Source: an uncultured Anaeroplasmataceae bacterium
GTDB taxonomy: Bacteria; Bacillota_I; Bacilli_A; Acholeplasmatales; Anaeroplasmataceae
Assembly: GCA_964548855.1 (NCBI GenBank)
Contig: CAZJSR010000002.1
Location: forward strand, 28,702-92,701
Direction of reading: 5' to 3'
Length of the DNA: 64,000 nucleotides
Position numbers and translations under genes: made by a program. Of the stretch, positions 37,658 through 47,260 are shown in pieces. The first letter of the stretch is position 1; each line of letters opens with the position of its first letter. Under the pieces are notes generated by a model. The model ran no database searches. It was not told the origin of the DNA and worked only from the letters and a program-made list of their open reading frames with translations.

Positions 37658-38267
37658 GAAAAAATGGTTGTGGATATTTATAATTCTAGGAGGCTTTCTT
37701 ATTAGAATGTCTATAGGATATTTTGGTGATGCGATAAAACTTTATACAATACAAGTATCAAATGAGTATGCATCTGAAATAATCGAAGATGTGCTTAAAA
37801 GTGATTTGTTAGAAGTAATCGAAGAAGGTAGTATGATGAGTCAAATATTGAATTCTGAAGGTGATGTTGTATACTCTTATTTAGATACATATAAGGTAAA
37901 TAAAATAAGGGGGATGGCTCAAAATAAAATAATAGATGCCATACATACTATAGAAAATCAAAAGGGATTTCAAAAAGTAGATATTCCTTTTGGTTATTTT
38001 TTTTCAAGGAATATGTTTTTATCAGATGGTATAAAGGTACCTATAAATTTAGATGTTGTAGGAAGCCATAGTGTAGATATAAGTGTTTTAGCTACTCCAT
38101 ATGGCATAAATAGTAGTGTTGTTGAGATTTTTTTAGATGTAACTATAAATGTACAAATAACAATCCCTTTTCAAGAAGAAGCAATTGTTTGTAAGCAAAG
38201 TATTCCCCTTTCAGTTGAAATAATAAATAGTGATGTACCAGAGTATTATTTTAATAAAACAGGATAG
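37626..38267 (+). CDS. YunB-like (sporulation protein YunB family) membrane-anchored protein
   Basis: N-terminal TM, then a YunB-like C-terminal pattern: VDIPFGYFFS...GIKVPINLDVVGSHSVDISVLATPYGINSSVVEIFLDVTINVQITIPF...IPLSVEIINSDVPEYY. Non-ATG start; overlaps the yunC-like gene. Confidence 0.6.
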   Translation: MYVKPYRYYLKKKWLWIFIILGGFLIRMSIGYFGDAIKLYTIQVSNEYASEIIEDVLKSDLLEVIEEGSMMSQILNSEGDVVYSYLDTYKVNKIRGMAQNKIIDAIHTIENQKGFQKVDIPFGYFFSRNMFLSDGIKVPINLDVVGSHSVDISVLATPYGINSSVVEIFLDVTINVQITIPFQEEAIVCKQSIPLSVEIINSDVPEYYFNKTG

Positions 38268-38287
38268 GTGGTATAATAAAATAATAT

Positions 38288-38316
38288 TTGTTAGTTTTTA
38301 TAACTTATGCTATAAT
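38288..38316 (+). promoter_or_regulatory. Promoter (-35 TTGTTA, 17-nt spacer including extended TGc, -10 TATAAT) for the yutD-nifU-pgi operon
   Basis: Hexamers and spacing were counted directly from the sequence. Confidence 0.5.
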
Positions 38317-38343
38317 TGATACGTATTTGATACACGAAAGGGT

Positions 38344-39015
38344 GTGAGTTCGAGTTTTATCTCGAGTGTTATGGTAATAAAGACTACAAAAGGATATTTC
38401 GAAGTAATAAAAAATGTAAGAGATGCCCTTAATATTGAACTATTTCAAAATAAATATTTAGAAGAATATTTTGATTCTTATTTATATATTGTTGGTGATA
38501 TTGCTTCAAATACATTAAGACTTAAAGGTTTTAGTGTTAATCCAGGTAAAGAAAATTACTATAAGAATATACCAGATTATTTATGTGAATCATGTGCATA
38601 TAGAGGAGCTTATTATATATTAAAAAGATTAAATGAATCCGAGTATAATAATTTATTAGAAAAATATGCTAAGAATCCTAATTTAAATATAACAGTAGGA
38701 GAACCTCAAGGTTTTGTGATAGAGAAGAAACCATTTGATAAAGAACAACTAAATTTAGAATCATCTGAACCAAGAAGTCCACATATTGTTCTTGATATGA
38801 ATAGAATTAATACTATTAAAACAAGACAATTACCAGATGAATTAAGAGATGATCCTAAAACTGTTGAAAGATATAATAGAGAAGCAAAAGGAAATCAAAT
38901 TAAGAAGAATATTCAAAAGCCTCAATCTCAAAACCAATCTCAAAATCAAAAAAATAATAAAAAGGCTTTTAATAAAGACCAAAATAGAAAAGCTTTTACT
39001 AATAACAAAAAATAG
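38344..39015 (+). CDS. YutD-like (DUF1027) protein with Lys/Gln/Asn-rich C-terminal tail
   Basis: YFEVIKNVRDALNIELFQNKYLEEYFDSYLYIVGDIASNTLRLKGF matches the YutD family pattern. The tail reads KPQSQNQSQNQKNNKKAFNKDQNRK. The start is uncertain: GTG 38344 or the internal ATG (MVIKTTKG). Confidence 0.6.
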   Translation: MSSSFISSVMVIKTTKGYFEVIKNVRDALNIELFQNKYLEEYFDSYLYIVGDIASNTLRLKGFSVNPGKENYYKNIPDYLCESCAYRGAYYILKRLNESEYNNLLEKYAKNPNLNITVGEPQGFVIEKKPFDKEQLNLESSEPRSPHIVLDMNRINTIKTRQLPDELRDDPKTVERYNREAKGNQIKKNIQKPQSQNQSQNQKNNKKAFNKDQNRKAFTNNKK

Positions 39016-39023
39016 GTGACATT

Positions 39024-39287
39024 ATGAATACAATTGAACAAATAAAAAATATTATCGGAAAAATTCGTCCATATCTTAATAGTGAAGGTGGAGATTTAGA
39101 ATTTTTAGGATACAAAGATGGAATTGTCTATGTTAGAATGCTTGGTGCATGTGCTGACTGTGGAATGCTTGATATGACATTAACTGATGGAATTGAATCT
39201 ATGTTAAAAGAAGAAATTCCTGCTGTAGTAGGTGTTAAAAATATATTAGATTTAGAAGATCCGATATTAGCGGATTTAGAGAAATAG
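39024..39287 (+). CDS. NifU-C/Nfu-type Fe-S cluster carrier (YutI-like)
   Basis: IRPYLNSEGGDLEFLGY...VRMLGACADCGM carries the Nfu CxxC motif. 87 aa. Confidence 0.85.
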   Translation: MNTIEQIKNIIGKIRPYLNSEGGDLEFLGYKDGIVYVRMLGACADCGMLDMTLTDGIESMLKEEIPAVVGVKNILDLEDPILADLEK

Positions 39288-39296
39288 GATATAATT

Positions 39297-40604
39297 ATGA
39301 AAATAGATTTTAAATATACTGAAGAATTTTATAATGAAGAAGAGTATAGTTTTGCATATAGTAAGGCTTTAGAGTCAAATAATATTTTAAATGAAAAAAA
39401 TGGTCCTGGAAATGAATATTTAGGTTGGCTTGATCTTCCGTTTAATATTAACAAAGAAGAAATCAAACGAATAAAAGAATATGCTAAAGAAATAAAAGAA
39501 AACTCTAAAGCTTTAGTTGTAATAGGTATAGGTGGATCATATTTAGGAGCTAAAAGCGCAATTGAGATGTTATCAAATTATTTAGATAGACAAATAGAAA
39601 TAATATTTGTTGGAAACAATATGTCTTCTAGTTATATATATGAAGTAATAAATAAAGTTAAAGATATTGATTTTAGTGTAAATATTATTTCTAAATCAGG
39701 TTCTACAACAGAAACTAGTATTGCGACTAGATTATTTTTAGATTTGTTAAATAAGAAATATAAATCTAAAGCACATGAAAGAGTATATGCTACAACTGAT
39801 TCTTATAAAGGAATTTTAAATCAAATCTGTAAGAAGAAAAATATACGTATACTTGATATTCCTTCAAATATTGGAGGTAGATATAGTGTGCTAACATCAG
39901 TAGGTCTTCTTCCTATTTGTGTTGCAGGTTTTGATATTGATAAAATACTAGAAGGTGCAAGATGTGCATATAATGATACTAAAAAGACTGATAATGATGC
40001 GATTAGATATGCTTCTTTAAGATACTTGTTTTATAAGAAAGATTATAATATTGAAATATTGTCATGTTTTGAACCCAAACTTAGAGATTTTATCGAATGG
40101 TATAAACAATTATTTGCAGAGTCAGAGGGAAAAAATCATAAGGGATTATTCCCAACAGGCGCAATTTTTTCAACAGATCTTCATTCTATAGGTCAAATGA
40201 TTCAAGATGGTAATAGAAATATAATAGAAACTATTATCAATATTGAAAAACCTATGTATGATCTTAAAGTATGCGAAATGGAAGATAATTTAGATAATCT
40301 GGATTTTATATTAAATGAAAGTATTAATGAAATCAATAAAAAGGCTCTGAAAGCTACAGCTCTTGCTCATAAAGCTGGTGGAGTTCCTATTATAATTATA
40401 AATATAGAAGAATTAAATGAATTTAATTATGGATATTTAGTTTATTTTTATATGTATACATGTGCACTTAGTGCATATTCATTAGATGTAAATCCATTTG
40501 ATCAACCCGGTGTTGAATCATATAAGAAAAATATGTTTGCGTTAATTGGAAAGCCAGGATATGAAGATATTAAAGAAGAATTATTAAAAGGAATAGGTGA
40601 ATAA
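39297..40604 (+). CDS. pgi: Glucose-6-phosphate isomerase
   Basis: Firmicute-type short PGI (435 aa) with motifs VVIGIGGSYLGAK, ISKSGSTTET and GGRYSVLTSVG. Confidence 0.9.
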   Translation: MKIDFKYTEEFYNEEEYSFAYSKALESNNILNEKNGPGNEYLGWLDLPFNINKEEIKRIKEYAKEIKENSKALVVIGIGGSYLGAKSAIEMLSNYLDRQIEIIFVGNNMSSSYIYEVINKVKDIDFSVNIISKSGSTTETSIATRLFLDLLNKKYKSKAHERVYATTDSYKGILNQICKKKNIRILDIPSNIGGRYSVLTSVGLLPICVAGFDIDKILEGARCAYNDTKKTDNDAIRYASLRYLFYKKDYNIEILSCFEPKLRDFIEWYKQLFAESEGKNHKGLFPTGAIFSTDLHSIGQMIQDGNRNIIETIINIEKPMYDLKVCEMEDNLDNLDFILNESINEINKKALKATALAHKAGGVPIIIINIEELNEFNYGYLVYFYMYTCALSAYSLDVNPFDQPGVESYKKNMFALIGKPGYEDIKEELLKGIGE

Positions 40605-40606
40605 TT

Positions 40607-41092
40607 ATGTTTTTAGTTTCAAGCGAAGGCGGATCTTTAGCAGTTGTTATAATATTGACATTGATTTCGTTATTAGTGTTTGGATTTAATTTGTTCTTTA
40701 TAATTAAATATATTGTAAAAGTATTTAAGGGAGATAATATAAAGGCTGAAAAAAATATTGCGTATGCAGGATATAGTGCGATATTAGCTATGATAGTATT
40801 GTTTTTAGTATATTATTTATTCTCTACTATTGAATTATATCATGAGATAGAAGAAGTTACATATTATGGTTTGATTCTTCTTGTGGCTATAATTCCAGTA
40901 ATTATTTTATTACTAATCTCAGATCTTAAGCAAATTAGTTGGATGAAAGGTTTATCTACATCAGAAAGAGAAACTTTAAATGTAGGACTTAAAGATAGAA
41001 AACCATTAGTATACGTAATGATTGTGTTATTATTAATAACTACGTCATTATTCGGACTTAATTTTGAAAAGTTTATTATTTATCTTATTTAA
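40607..41092 (+). CDS. Hypothetical 4-TM membrane protein
   Basis: Four hydrophobic helices with no recognisable motif. Starts 2 nt after the pgi stop. Confidence 0.45.
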   Translation: MFLVSSEGGSLAVVIILTLISLLVFGFNLFFIIKYIVKVFKGDNIKAEKNIAYAGYSAILAMIVLFLVYYLFSTIELYHEIEEVTYYGLILLVAIIPVIILLLISDLKQISWMKGLSTSERETLNVGLKDRKPLVYVMIVLLLITTSLFGLNFEKFIIYLI

Positions 41093-41112
41093 GGGAGGCA
41101 ATGCCTCCTTTT
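41093..41112 (+). terminator. Weak rho-independent terminator
   Basis: GGAGGC-AAT-GCCTCC stem followed by only TTTT. Confidence 0.45.
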
Positions 41113-41135
41113 AAGAATTATAAGGAAGTGATATT

Positions 41136-42923
41136 TTGATTTTCAATAAGCATATTAATAAGTACTATTTAAGATACTTAGGTTTATTATTAATTGGACT
41201 TAGTGCTTTATTAATTGTTGACTATATTCAGTTATATATTCCAGAAGTACTAGGTAAAATAGTTGATATAATAAACGGAAGACTGGATTTAAATATTAAT
41301 AAACTAATTTTAAATGTTGTTTTTATTGCGATTGGATTATGTATTGGTAGAATATGCTTTAGATTAACTATTTTTTATGTGTCTAATAAAATTCAAGCAA
41401 ATTTAAGAAATGAATTGTTTTTAAAAGCTGAAAAATTATCTCTTAAATTCTACCATGAAAATAAAGTAGGAAGCATAATGACATTATTTACATCTGATTT
41501 AGAAACGATTGAAGAGTTTTTAGGTTGGGGGAGTGTAATGTTAGTTGATGCGTCTTTTTTATCGATTTTAGTAGTCGTTAAAATGCTTAGACTTGATTAT
41601 ATGTTATCTTTGATTTGTTTTGTCCCTATTATTTTATTAATTATTTGGGGACTTTTAGTAGAAAGAATCATGACTAAAAAATGGGATTTAAGGCAAGCTA
41701 ATTTCGATAGATTATATGATTATACTCAAGAAAATTTCACGGGAATAAGAGTAATAAAGGCGTTTGTTAAAGAAAATCAAGAAATTCATTATTTTTCGAA
41801 ACTTGCGAGAAAAAATAAAGATGTATGTGTGGAATATGCTAAATCATCAGTCATATTTGATGTCTTAATTGAAGTATTAATTGCGGGTATAATGTTAATA
41901 TTATTAGGTTTAGGTGGATATTTTGCTTATTCATATATAAAAAACGATGCGGTTATTATTTTAAATCATACTATTAAAATGACATCTGGAAATTTGGTTA
42001 CCTTTATAGCTTACTTTGAATCATTAGTTTGGCCTATGATTGCGCTTGGTAGAATTGTTGCGATGCGTAGTAGAGCGAAATCAAGTCTTATAAGAATTTC
42101 TAGATTCTTAGATGCAAAAGAAGATATTAAAAATCCAGAAAATGCGGTTGTTTTAAAAGATGTATCAGGGAAAATAGAATTTAAGAATTTCTCATTTAGA
42201 TTTCCAGATAGTAAATTAGATTCAGTTTCTAATATATCTTTAACAATAAATCCAGGAGAACTTATTGGCGTTATTGGAAAAGTAGGAAGTGGAAAATCAA
42301 CGTTATTTAATTCTTTATTAAGATTTTATAACTTAAATAGTGATTCTTTATTTATTGATGATATTGATATTATGAAGTGTGATATAAAATCTCTTAGAGA
42401 TAATATTTCATGTGTATTACAAGATAATTTTTTATTTAGTGATAAAGTAAGAAATAATATTGCATTTTCAAATCCTAATTATGACATAGATGAAATAGAA
42501 TTTGCAGCTAAATTTTCTGATGTTGATAAAGATATTAAAGATCTTAATGATGGATATGATACTATAACAGGTGAAAGAGGTGTATCTTTATCTGGAGGAC
42601 AGAAACAAAGAGTATCTATTGCAAGAGCGTTTATTAAAGATTCGCCTATTATGATACTTGATGATAGCGTTTCTGCAGTAGATGTTAAAACAGAAGAAAT
42701 GATATTAAAAAATATAAGAGAATATCGTAAATCTAAAACAACAATAATTATCGCATCAAGAGTCTCTACAGTTATAAATATGGATAGAATAATAGTATTA
42801 AATGATGGAAAATTAGAAGCATTTGATAGACCTTCAAATTTATTAGAAAAATCTGAAACTTTTAAGAAAATGGTATATCTTCAAACTCTCGAGCGAGAAT
42901 TGGAGGGTGAGAAAAATGAGTAA
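41136..42923 (+). CDS. ABC exporter fused permease/ATPase (heterodimeric multidrug-type, subunit 1)
   Basis: 6-TM domain plus NBD with Walker A GKVGSGKST, signature LSGGQKQRV and Walker B IMILDDSVSAVD. TTG start with an AAGGAAG Shine-Dalgarno. Confidence 0.85.
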   Translation: MIFNKHINKYYLRYLGLLLIGLSALLIVDYIQLYIPEVLGKIVDIINGRLDLNINKLILNVVFIAIGLCIGRICFRLTIFYVSNKIQANLRNELFLKAEKLSLKFYHENKVGSIMTLFTSDLETIEEFLGWGSVMLVDASFLSILVVVKMLRLDYMLSLICFVPIILLIIWGLLVERIMTKKWDLRQANFDRLYDYTQENFTGIRVIKAFVKENQEIHYFSKLARKNKDVCVEYAKSSVIFDVLIEVLIAGIMLILLGLGGYFAYSYIKNDAVIILNHTIKMTSGNLVTFIAYFESLVWPMIALGRIVAMRSRAKSSLIRISRFLDAKEDIKNPENAVVLKDVSGKIEFKNFSFRFPDSKLDSVSNISLTINPGELIGVIGKVGSGKSTLFNSLLRFYNLNSDSLFIDDIDIMKCDIKSLRDNISCVLQDNFLFSDKVRNNIAFSNPNYDIDEIEFAAKFSDVDKDIKDLNDGYDTITGERGVSLSGGQKQRVSIARAFIKDSPIMILDDSVSAVDVKTEEMILKNIREYRKSKTTIIIASRVSTVINMDRIIVLNDGKLEAFDRPSNLLEKSETFKKMVYLQTLERELEGEKNE

Positions 42924-44679
42924 AGAATTACTATCAATGAATGATAGAAAAATGTCTTTTAAAGAGATTTTTAAACGTAATTTAAAGTATATAAAAACTG
43001 AAAGAAAAGGGTTTATCATCTCATTTATATTAATAATATTAAACATAATTTTAGATGTATTATTACCTCTAATTGTAAGTGAAATTATAAATAGGTTAGA
43101 GACTTTATGTAATTATCATATTATTTTAACACTTTCTATATCCTATTTTGGGATTTCTGTCATTAATCAATTAATGGTTTATATTTATTCAATGATCCTT
43201 CAAAAATCAGGTCAAGAAATTGTTTATCAACTAAGAATGGAAGTATTTTCTCATATTGAAAATATGAGCCAAAATCAATTTGATGTAATGCCGGTTGGCT
43301 CTTTAGTTACGAGAGTGTGTTCGTATACTGCCTCCGTATCAGAATTATTCACAAATGATTTAGTAAAGATTTTAAAGAATATTACTAAAGTAATTGGTGT
43401 TTATGCAATAATGATGATAATATCATACAAACTTGGACTAATTATGTTATTATTTATAATTGTATTAGCTGTCGTTACAGTAGTATTTAGTAAAATAAGC
43501 ACAAGATTATTTAGAGAAGAAAGAAAATATGTATCTAATGTAAATACATATCTAAGTGAAAATCTTTCAGGAATGAAGGTTACACAAATATTCAATCAAG
43601 AAGAAAGAAAGTATAATGAATTTTATACTATCTCGGAATCTTTAAGAAAAACAAGAATGAAGGTTGTTAGAGCTTTTGCGTTATATAGACCTTTTGTAAC
43701 GTTATTATATTATTTAAGTATTGCGGTTGTATTATATGTTGGATTAAAGATTAAACTTAGTGCTGGTGAAATAGTTGCGTTTTATATGTATATATGGCAT
43801 TTCTTTAATCCGATTGAAGAGATGTCAGATCAACTAAATAATTTAAATAAAGCTTTTAGTGCATCAGAAAGACTATTTAACATTCTTGATATAAAGCCTG
43901 ATGTAAAAGATAGTGTAGATGCACTAGATGTTCCTTCATTTAAAGGTAAAATAGAATTTAGGAATGTGTGGTTCGCCTATAACGATGAAGATTGGATTTT
44001 AAAAGATGTTTCATTTGTTATAAATCCGAAAGAGACGGTTGCGTTTGTTGGAGCAACAGGTGCAGGTAAAACTACTATATTAGGTCTTATAGTAAGAAAC
44101 TATGAGATTCAAAAGGGACAAATACTAATTGATGATATTGATATTTCTAAAATAAAAATTTCATCATTGAGAAAAGCTATTGGTCAAATGCTTCAAGATG
44201 TATTTATGTTCTCAGGAACTATTAAGTCAAATATAAATCTTCATGATGATTCATATAGTGATGAGGTTATTGAGGGTGTATGTCAGTATGTTAATGCGTC
44301 TTCATTTATAAATAAATTACCATCTAAATTAGATTATGAGGTTCTTGAACGTGGAGAAAATTTAAGTCAAGGACAAAGACAACTTATATCTTTTTCAAGA
44401 ACTGTTTTACATAAGCCTCAAATATTAATATTAGATGAAGCTACCGCAAATATTGATACTCAAACTGAAGCGATTATTCAAGATTCTTTAGAGAAAATTA
44501 AAAATATAGGAACGATGCTAGTTGTTGCGCATAGATTATCTACTATACAACATGCTAGTAAAATAATTGTACTTCAAAAGGGACAAATAATAGAAACTGG
44601 TAATCATCAAGAATTATTAAAAAAACATGGATATTATTATAAACTTTATAAGCTTCAATATGAAAATGGAGGGAACTAA
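42916..44679 (+). CDS. ABC exporter fused permease/ATPase (heterodimeric multidrug-type, subunit 2)
   Basis: Walker A GATGAGKTT, signature LSQGQRQLI, Walker B ILILDEATANID and H-loop VAHR. ATG 42916 follows a GGAGGG Shine-Dalgarno and overlaps the upstream stop (ATGAGTAA). Confidence 0.85.
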   Translation: MSKELLSMNDRKMSFKEIFKRNLKYIKTERKGFIISFILIILNIILDVLLPLIVSEIINRLETLCNYHIILTLSISYFGISVINQLMVYIYSMILQKSGQEIVYQLRMEVFSHIENMSQNQFDVMPVGSLVTRVCSYTASVSELFTNDLVKILKNITKVIGVYAIMMIISYKLGLIMLLFIIVLAVVTVVFSKISTRLFREERKYVSNVNTYLSENLSGMKVTQIFNQEERKYNEFYTISESLRKTRMKVVRAFALYRPFVTLLYYLSIAVVLYVGLKIKLSAGEIVAFYMYIWHFFNPIEEMSDQLNNLNKAFSASERLFNILDIKPDVKDSVDALDVPSFKGKIEFRNVWFAYNDEDWILKDVSFVINPKETVAFVGATGAGKTTILGLIVRNYEIQKGQILIDDIDISKIKISSLRKAIGQMLQDVFMFSGTIKSNINLHDDSYSDEVIEGVCQYVNASSFINKLPSKLDYEVLERGENLSQGQRQLISFSRTVLHKPQILILDEATANIDTQTEAIIQDSLEKIKNIGTMLVVAHRLSTIQHASKIIVLQKGQIIETGNHQELLKKHGYYYKLYKLQYENGGN

Positions 44680-45561
44680 ATGTATACACTTAATCATGTG
44701 AAAGGAAAAACTTACTATATTGATGGACCAACTAATTGTGGTGTTTATATATTAAATGATAATAATGATGTATTGTTATTTGATTGCGGTACTGAATCAG
44801 ATGGTATAGAAATATATAATACACTTCTAAAACACAATATGAATATAACACATTTGGTTTTTAGTCATTGTCATAGTGACCACGCAGGTGGATGGGAATA
44901 CATCTATAAAAAAACAAATTGTAAAATGATTGCCTCTAAGGTGGAAAGGGGATTTTTTAGAGACCCTAAGCTTGATATAGGATTTTTATATGGTGGATAT
45001 CCTCTTGATGAGTATGATGGAAAATTAATGCATATTGACATGAATGATGAAATATACGCTTTAGATGAAATACCACTAGGTGTTTCATGGTTTCACCTGC
45101 CAGGGCACCACTGGGGGATGATAGGTATAAAAACTAGTGATGATGTGTATTTTGTTGCGGATACACTTGGTTCAATTGAATTAATTGATAAGGCTCATAT
45201 TTTATTAATATATGATGTTAAGGGATATTTAGATTCACTTGATTTTGTAAAGTCATTAGATGGTAAGATGGTTATACCTTCACATAGTCCTGCTACAACG
45301 AATATTAAACCAGTAGTAGAATTTAATAGAAAAACTATGTATGAAATAATGGATGTAATACTTGATTATTTACATGAAGAACATAACTGTACTGAATGTG
45401 CATCTTATATTTTTGAGTATTATAATTTAAGGATATCATATAATAAATATATGCTTATATTATCTACAGTAAGAAGTTATTTGTCATTTTTGAGTAATAA
45501 CAAAAGAATAATCAATTATTTTAAAGATAATCGATTAGTATTCAAAAATTTAGAAAAGTAA
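44680..45561 (+). CDS. MBL-fold metallo-hydrolase
   Basis: HxHxDH motif in SHCHSDHAGG. Start directly abuts the ABC stop (TAAATG). Confidence 0.75.
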   Translation: MYTLNHVKGKTYYIDGPTNCGVYILNDNNDVLLFDCGTESDGIEIYNTLLKHNMNITHLVFSHCHSDHAGGWEYIYKKTNCKMIASKVERGFFRDPKLDIGFLYGGYPLDEYDGKLMHIDMNDEIYALDEIPLGVSWFHLPGHHWGMIGIKTSDDVYFVADTLGSIELIDKAHILLIYDVKGYLDSLDFVKSLDGKMVIPSHSPATTNIKPVVEFNRKTMYEIMDVILDYLHEEHNCTECASYIFEYYNLRISYNKYMLILSTVRSYLSFLSNNKRIINYFKDNRLVFKNLEK

Positions 45562-45590
45562 TTGACATTCATTTTGATAAAGCGTATTAT
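45562..45590 (+). promoter_or_regulatory. Sigma-A-type promoter (-35 TTGACA, 17-nt spacer, -10 TATTAT) driving the T-box leader
   Basis: Hexamers and spacing were counted directly. It begins immediately after the MBL gene stop. Confidence 0.65.
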
Positions 45591-45599
45591 ATAGTTAAT

Positions 45600-45875
45600 T
45601 TAATATAGAAACCGATGATGCGGAGATAAAGGCAAATATGACTTTAAAGAGAATTTGTGATGGTGGAATACAAATATGATACAGTTTGTCAAATGGACCG
45701 CTGAGGGCGTAGTCAAATGAGAAATCAGAGTATTCTACGACGTTATAGACAAACGTAAAAAGTCTAGGATATGTTAGTATCCTTATAAGAGCACAATTTA
45801 ATTGTGAAGCAAGGTGGCACCGCGGATAATATTAATGATTCGTCCTTGACAGAAATTCTGTCGAGGATTTTTTTG
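45600..45875 (+). promoter_or_regulatory. T-box riboswitch leader, tryptophan specifier (UGG)
   Basis: Stem I AGAGA-type element with a GGUGGAA distal loop. Candidate specifier AAA-UGG-A at 45694..45696. Conserved T-box AAGGUGGCACCGCGG at 45811..45825, where UGGC can pair with a GCCA acceptor end. A 10-bp terminator stem (45843..45867) is followed by an 8-nt U-run. Confidence 0.85.
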
Positions 45876-45897
45876 TATATAACAAAAGGGTGATAAT

Positions 45898-45945
45898 ATG
45901 AAAAAGAAATGGTGGCGCAGTGCGCCGAATATGAAAAACAAGTAA
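45898..45945 (+). CDS. Candidate 15-codon leader/mini-ORF MKKKWWRSAPNMKNK with tandem Trp codons
   Basis: ATG is preceded by AAAGGGTGATAAT, and the same 16-nt RBS-to-ATG context occurs at the mgsA start (55894..55909). Tandem TGG TGG lies at 45910..45915 and overlaps a GC-rich hairpin GGCGC-AGT-GCGCC (45914..45926). Too short to prove coding from sequence alone. Confidence 0.35.
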   Translation: MKKKWWRSAPNMKNK

Positions 45946-45994
45946 ATAAGTAAATAAGATAATTAATATTAAATAAAAGATAGGAGAATATAAA

Positions 45995-47245
45995 ATGAAA
46001 ATTAATGATGTAGATTTTGAAATATATTTAAAAAATTATCCAACAGAGGATGGATATTTCGGACCTTATGGAGGTACATACACAGCACAAGAGTTAAAGC
46101 CAGCGCTTGATGAGATTAAGAATGCATATCAAACAATATGTCATTCAAGTCAATTTATAAATGAACTTAGAAGAATTAGAAAAGAATTTCAAGGAAGACC
46201 TACTCCAATATACCATTGTGAAAAATTATCAAAGTATTGTGGTGGTGCTCAAATATATTTAAAAAGAGAAGATTTAAACCACACAGGAGCTCATAAATTA
46301 AACCACTGTATGGGTGAAGGATTATTAGCTAAATTTATGGGTAAAAAGAAAATTATAGCAGAAACAGGTGCTGGACAACATGGGGTTGCGCTTGCGACTG
46401 CGGCTGCATATTTTGGACTTGAATGTGATATTTATATGGGGGCAGTTGATATAAAGAAACAAGCGCCAAATGTATCAAGAATGAAATTACTAGGTGCTAA
46501 TGTAATAGAGGTTACAGCTGGTCAACAAACTTTAAAAGAAGCAGTAGATGCGGCTTTTGATGCATATTTAAAAGAGTATAAAGACTGTATATATTGTATT
46601 GGTACAGTATGTGGTCCTCATCCATTTCCATTAATGGTACGTGACTTTCAATCTGTTGTAGGTATTGAAGCACGTGAACAATTCAAGGAAATGACAGGAC
46701 TTCTTCCTGATGTTGTTACAGCATGTGTAGGTGGAGGAAGTAATTCAGCAGGAATGTTTATACCATTTTTAAATGATCCAGTGAAAATAGTAGGTGTAGA
46801 ACCTCTTGGAAAAGGTCCAGAAAGAGGACAACATGCGGCATCTATTACTTATGGTACTGAAGGTGTAATGCATGGATTTAACTCAATCATGTTAAAAGAC
46901 GAAAATGGAGAACCAGATAAAGTATATTCAGTCGCATCAGGTCTTGATTATCCTGGTGTAGGTCCTGAACATGCATTTTTAAAGAGTGTTGGTCGTGTTG
47001 AATATGATACAATTTCAGATGATGAAGCCATAGAAGCATTCTTTACATTATCAAGATTAGAAGGAATAATCCCAGCTATTGAATCAAGTCATGCAGTAGC
47101 TTATGCAATGCGTCTTGCTCGAACTACTAAAAAGACAGGTACTATATTAGTATGCCTTTCTGGTAGAGGTGATAAGGATATGGATTATATTATAGAAAAC
47201 TATGGAATTGATTATTTAGAAAAGAAAGGAATCAATCTTAAGTAA
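45995..47245 (+). CDS. trpB: Tryptophan synthase beta chain (stand-alone in this window)
   Basis: Motifs GYFGPYGG, the PLP-lysine region [24 protein letters not shown] and GGGSN. TAGGAGA Shine-Dalgarno. Length is 416 aa. Confidence 0.9.
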   Translation: MKINDVDFEIYLKNYPTEDGYFGPYGGTYTAQELKPALDEIKNAYQTICHSSQFINELRRIRKEFQGRPTPIYHCEKLSKYCGGAQIYLKREDLNHTGAHKLNHCMGEGLLAKFMGKKKIIAETGAGQHGVALATAAAYFGLECDIYMGAVDIKKQAPNVSRMKLLGANVIEVTAGQQTLKEAVDAAFDAYLKEYKDCIYCIGTVCGPHPFPLMVRDFQSVVGIEAREQFKEMTGLLPDVVTACVGGGSNSAGMFIPFLNDPVKIVGVEPLGKGPERGQHAASITYGTEGVMHGFNSIMLKDENGEPDKVYSVASGLDYPGVGPEHAFLKSVGRVEYDTISDDEAIEAFFTLSRLEGIIPAIESSHAVAYAMRLARTTKKTGTILVCLSGRGDKDMDYIIENYGIDYLEKKGINLK

Positions 47246-47260
47246 AATTGGAGGACGGTT

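Noticed and set aside
45876-45994. Second (tandem) T-box or TRAP-binding (G/U)AG repeat array between the T-box terminator and trpB.
   Set aside because: GGTGGCGCAGTGCGCC superficially resembles the T-box core. However, there is no room for a Stem I or specifier loop in about 110 nt and no second terminator. There is also no series of 9-11 evenly spaced GAG/UAG triplets.
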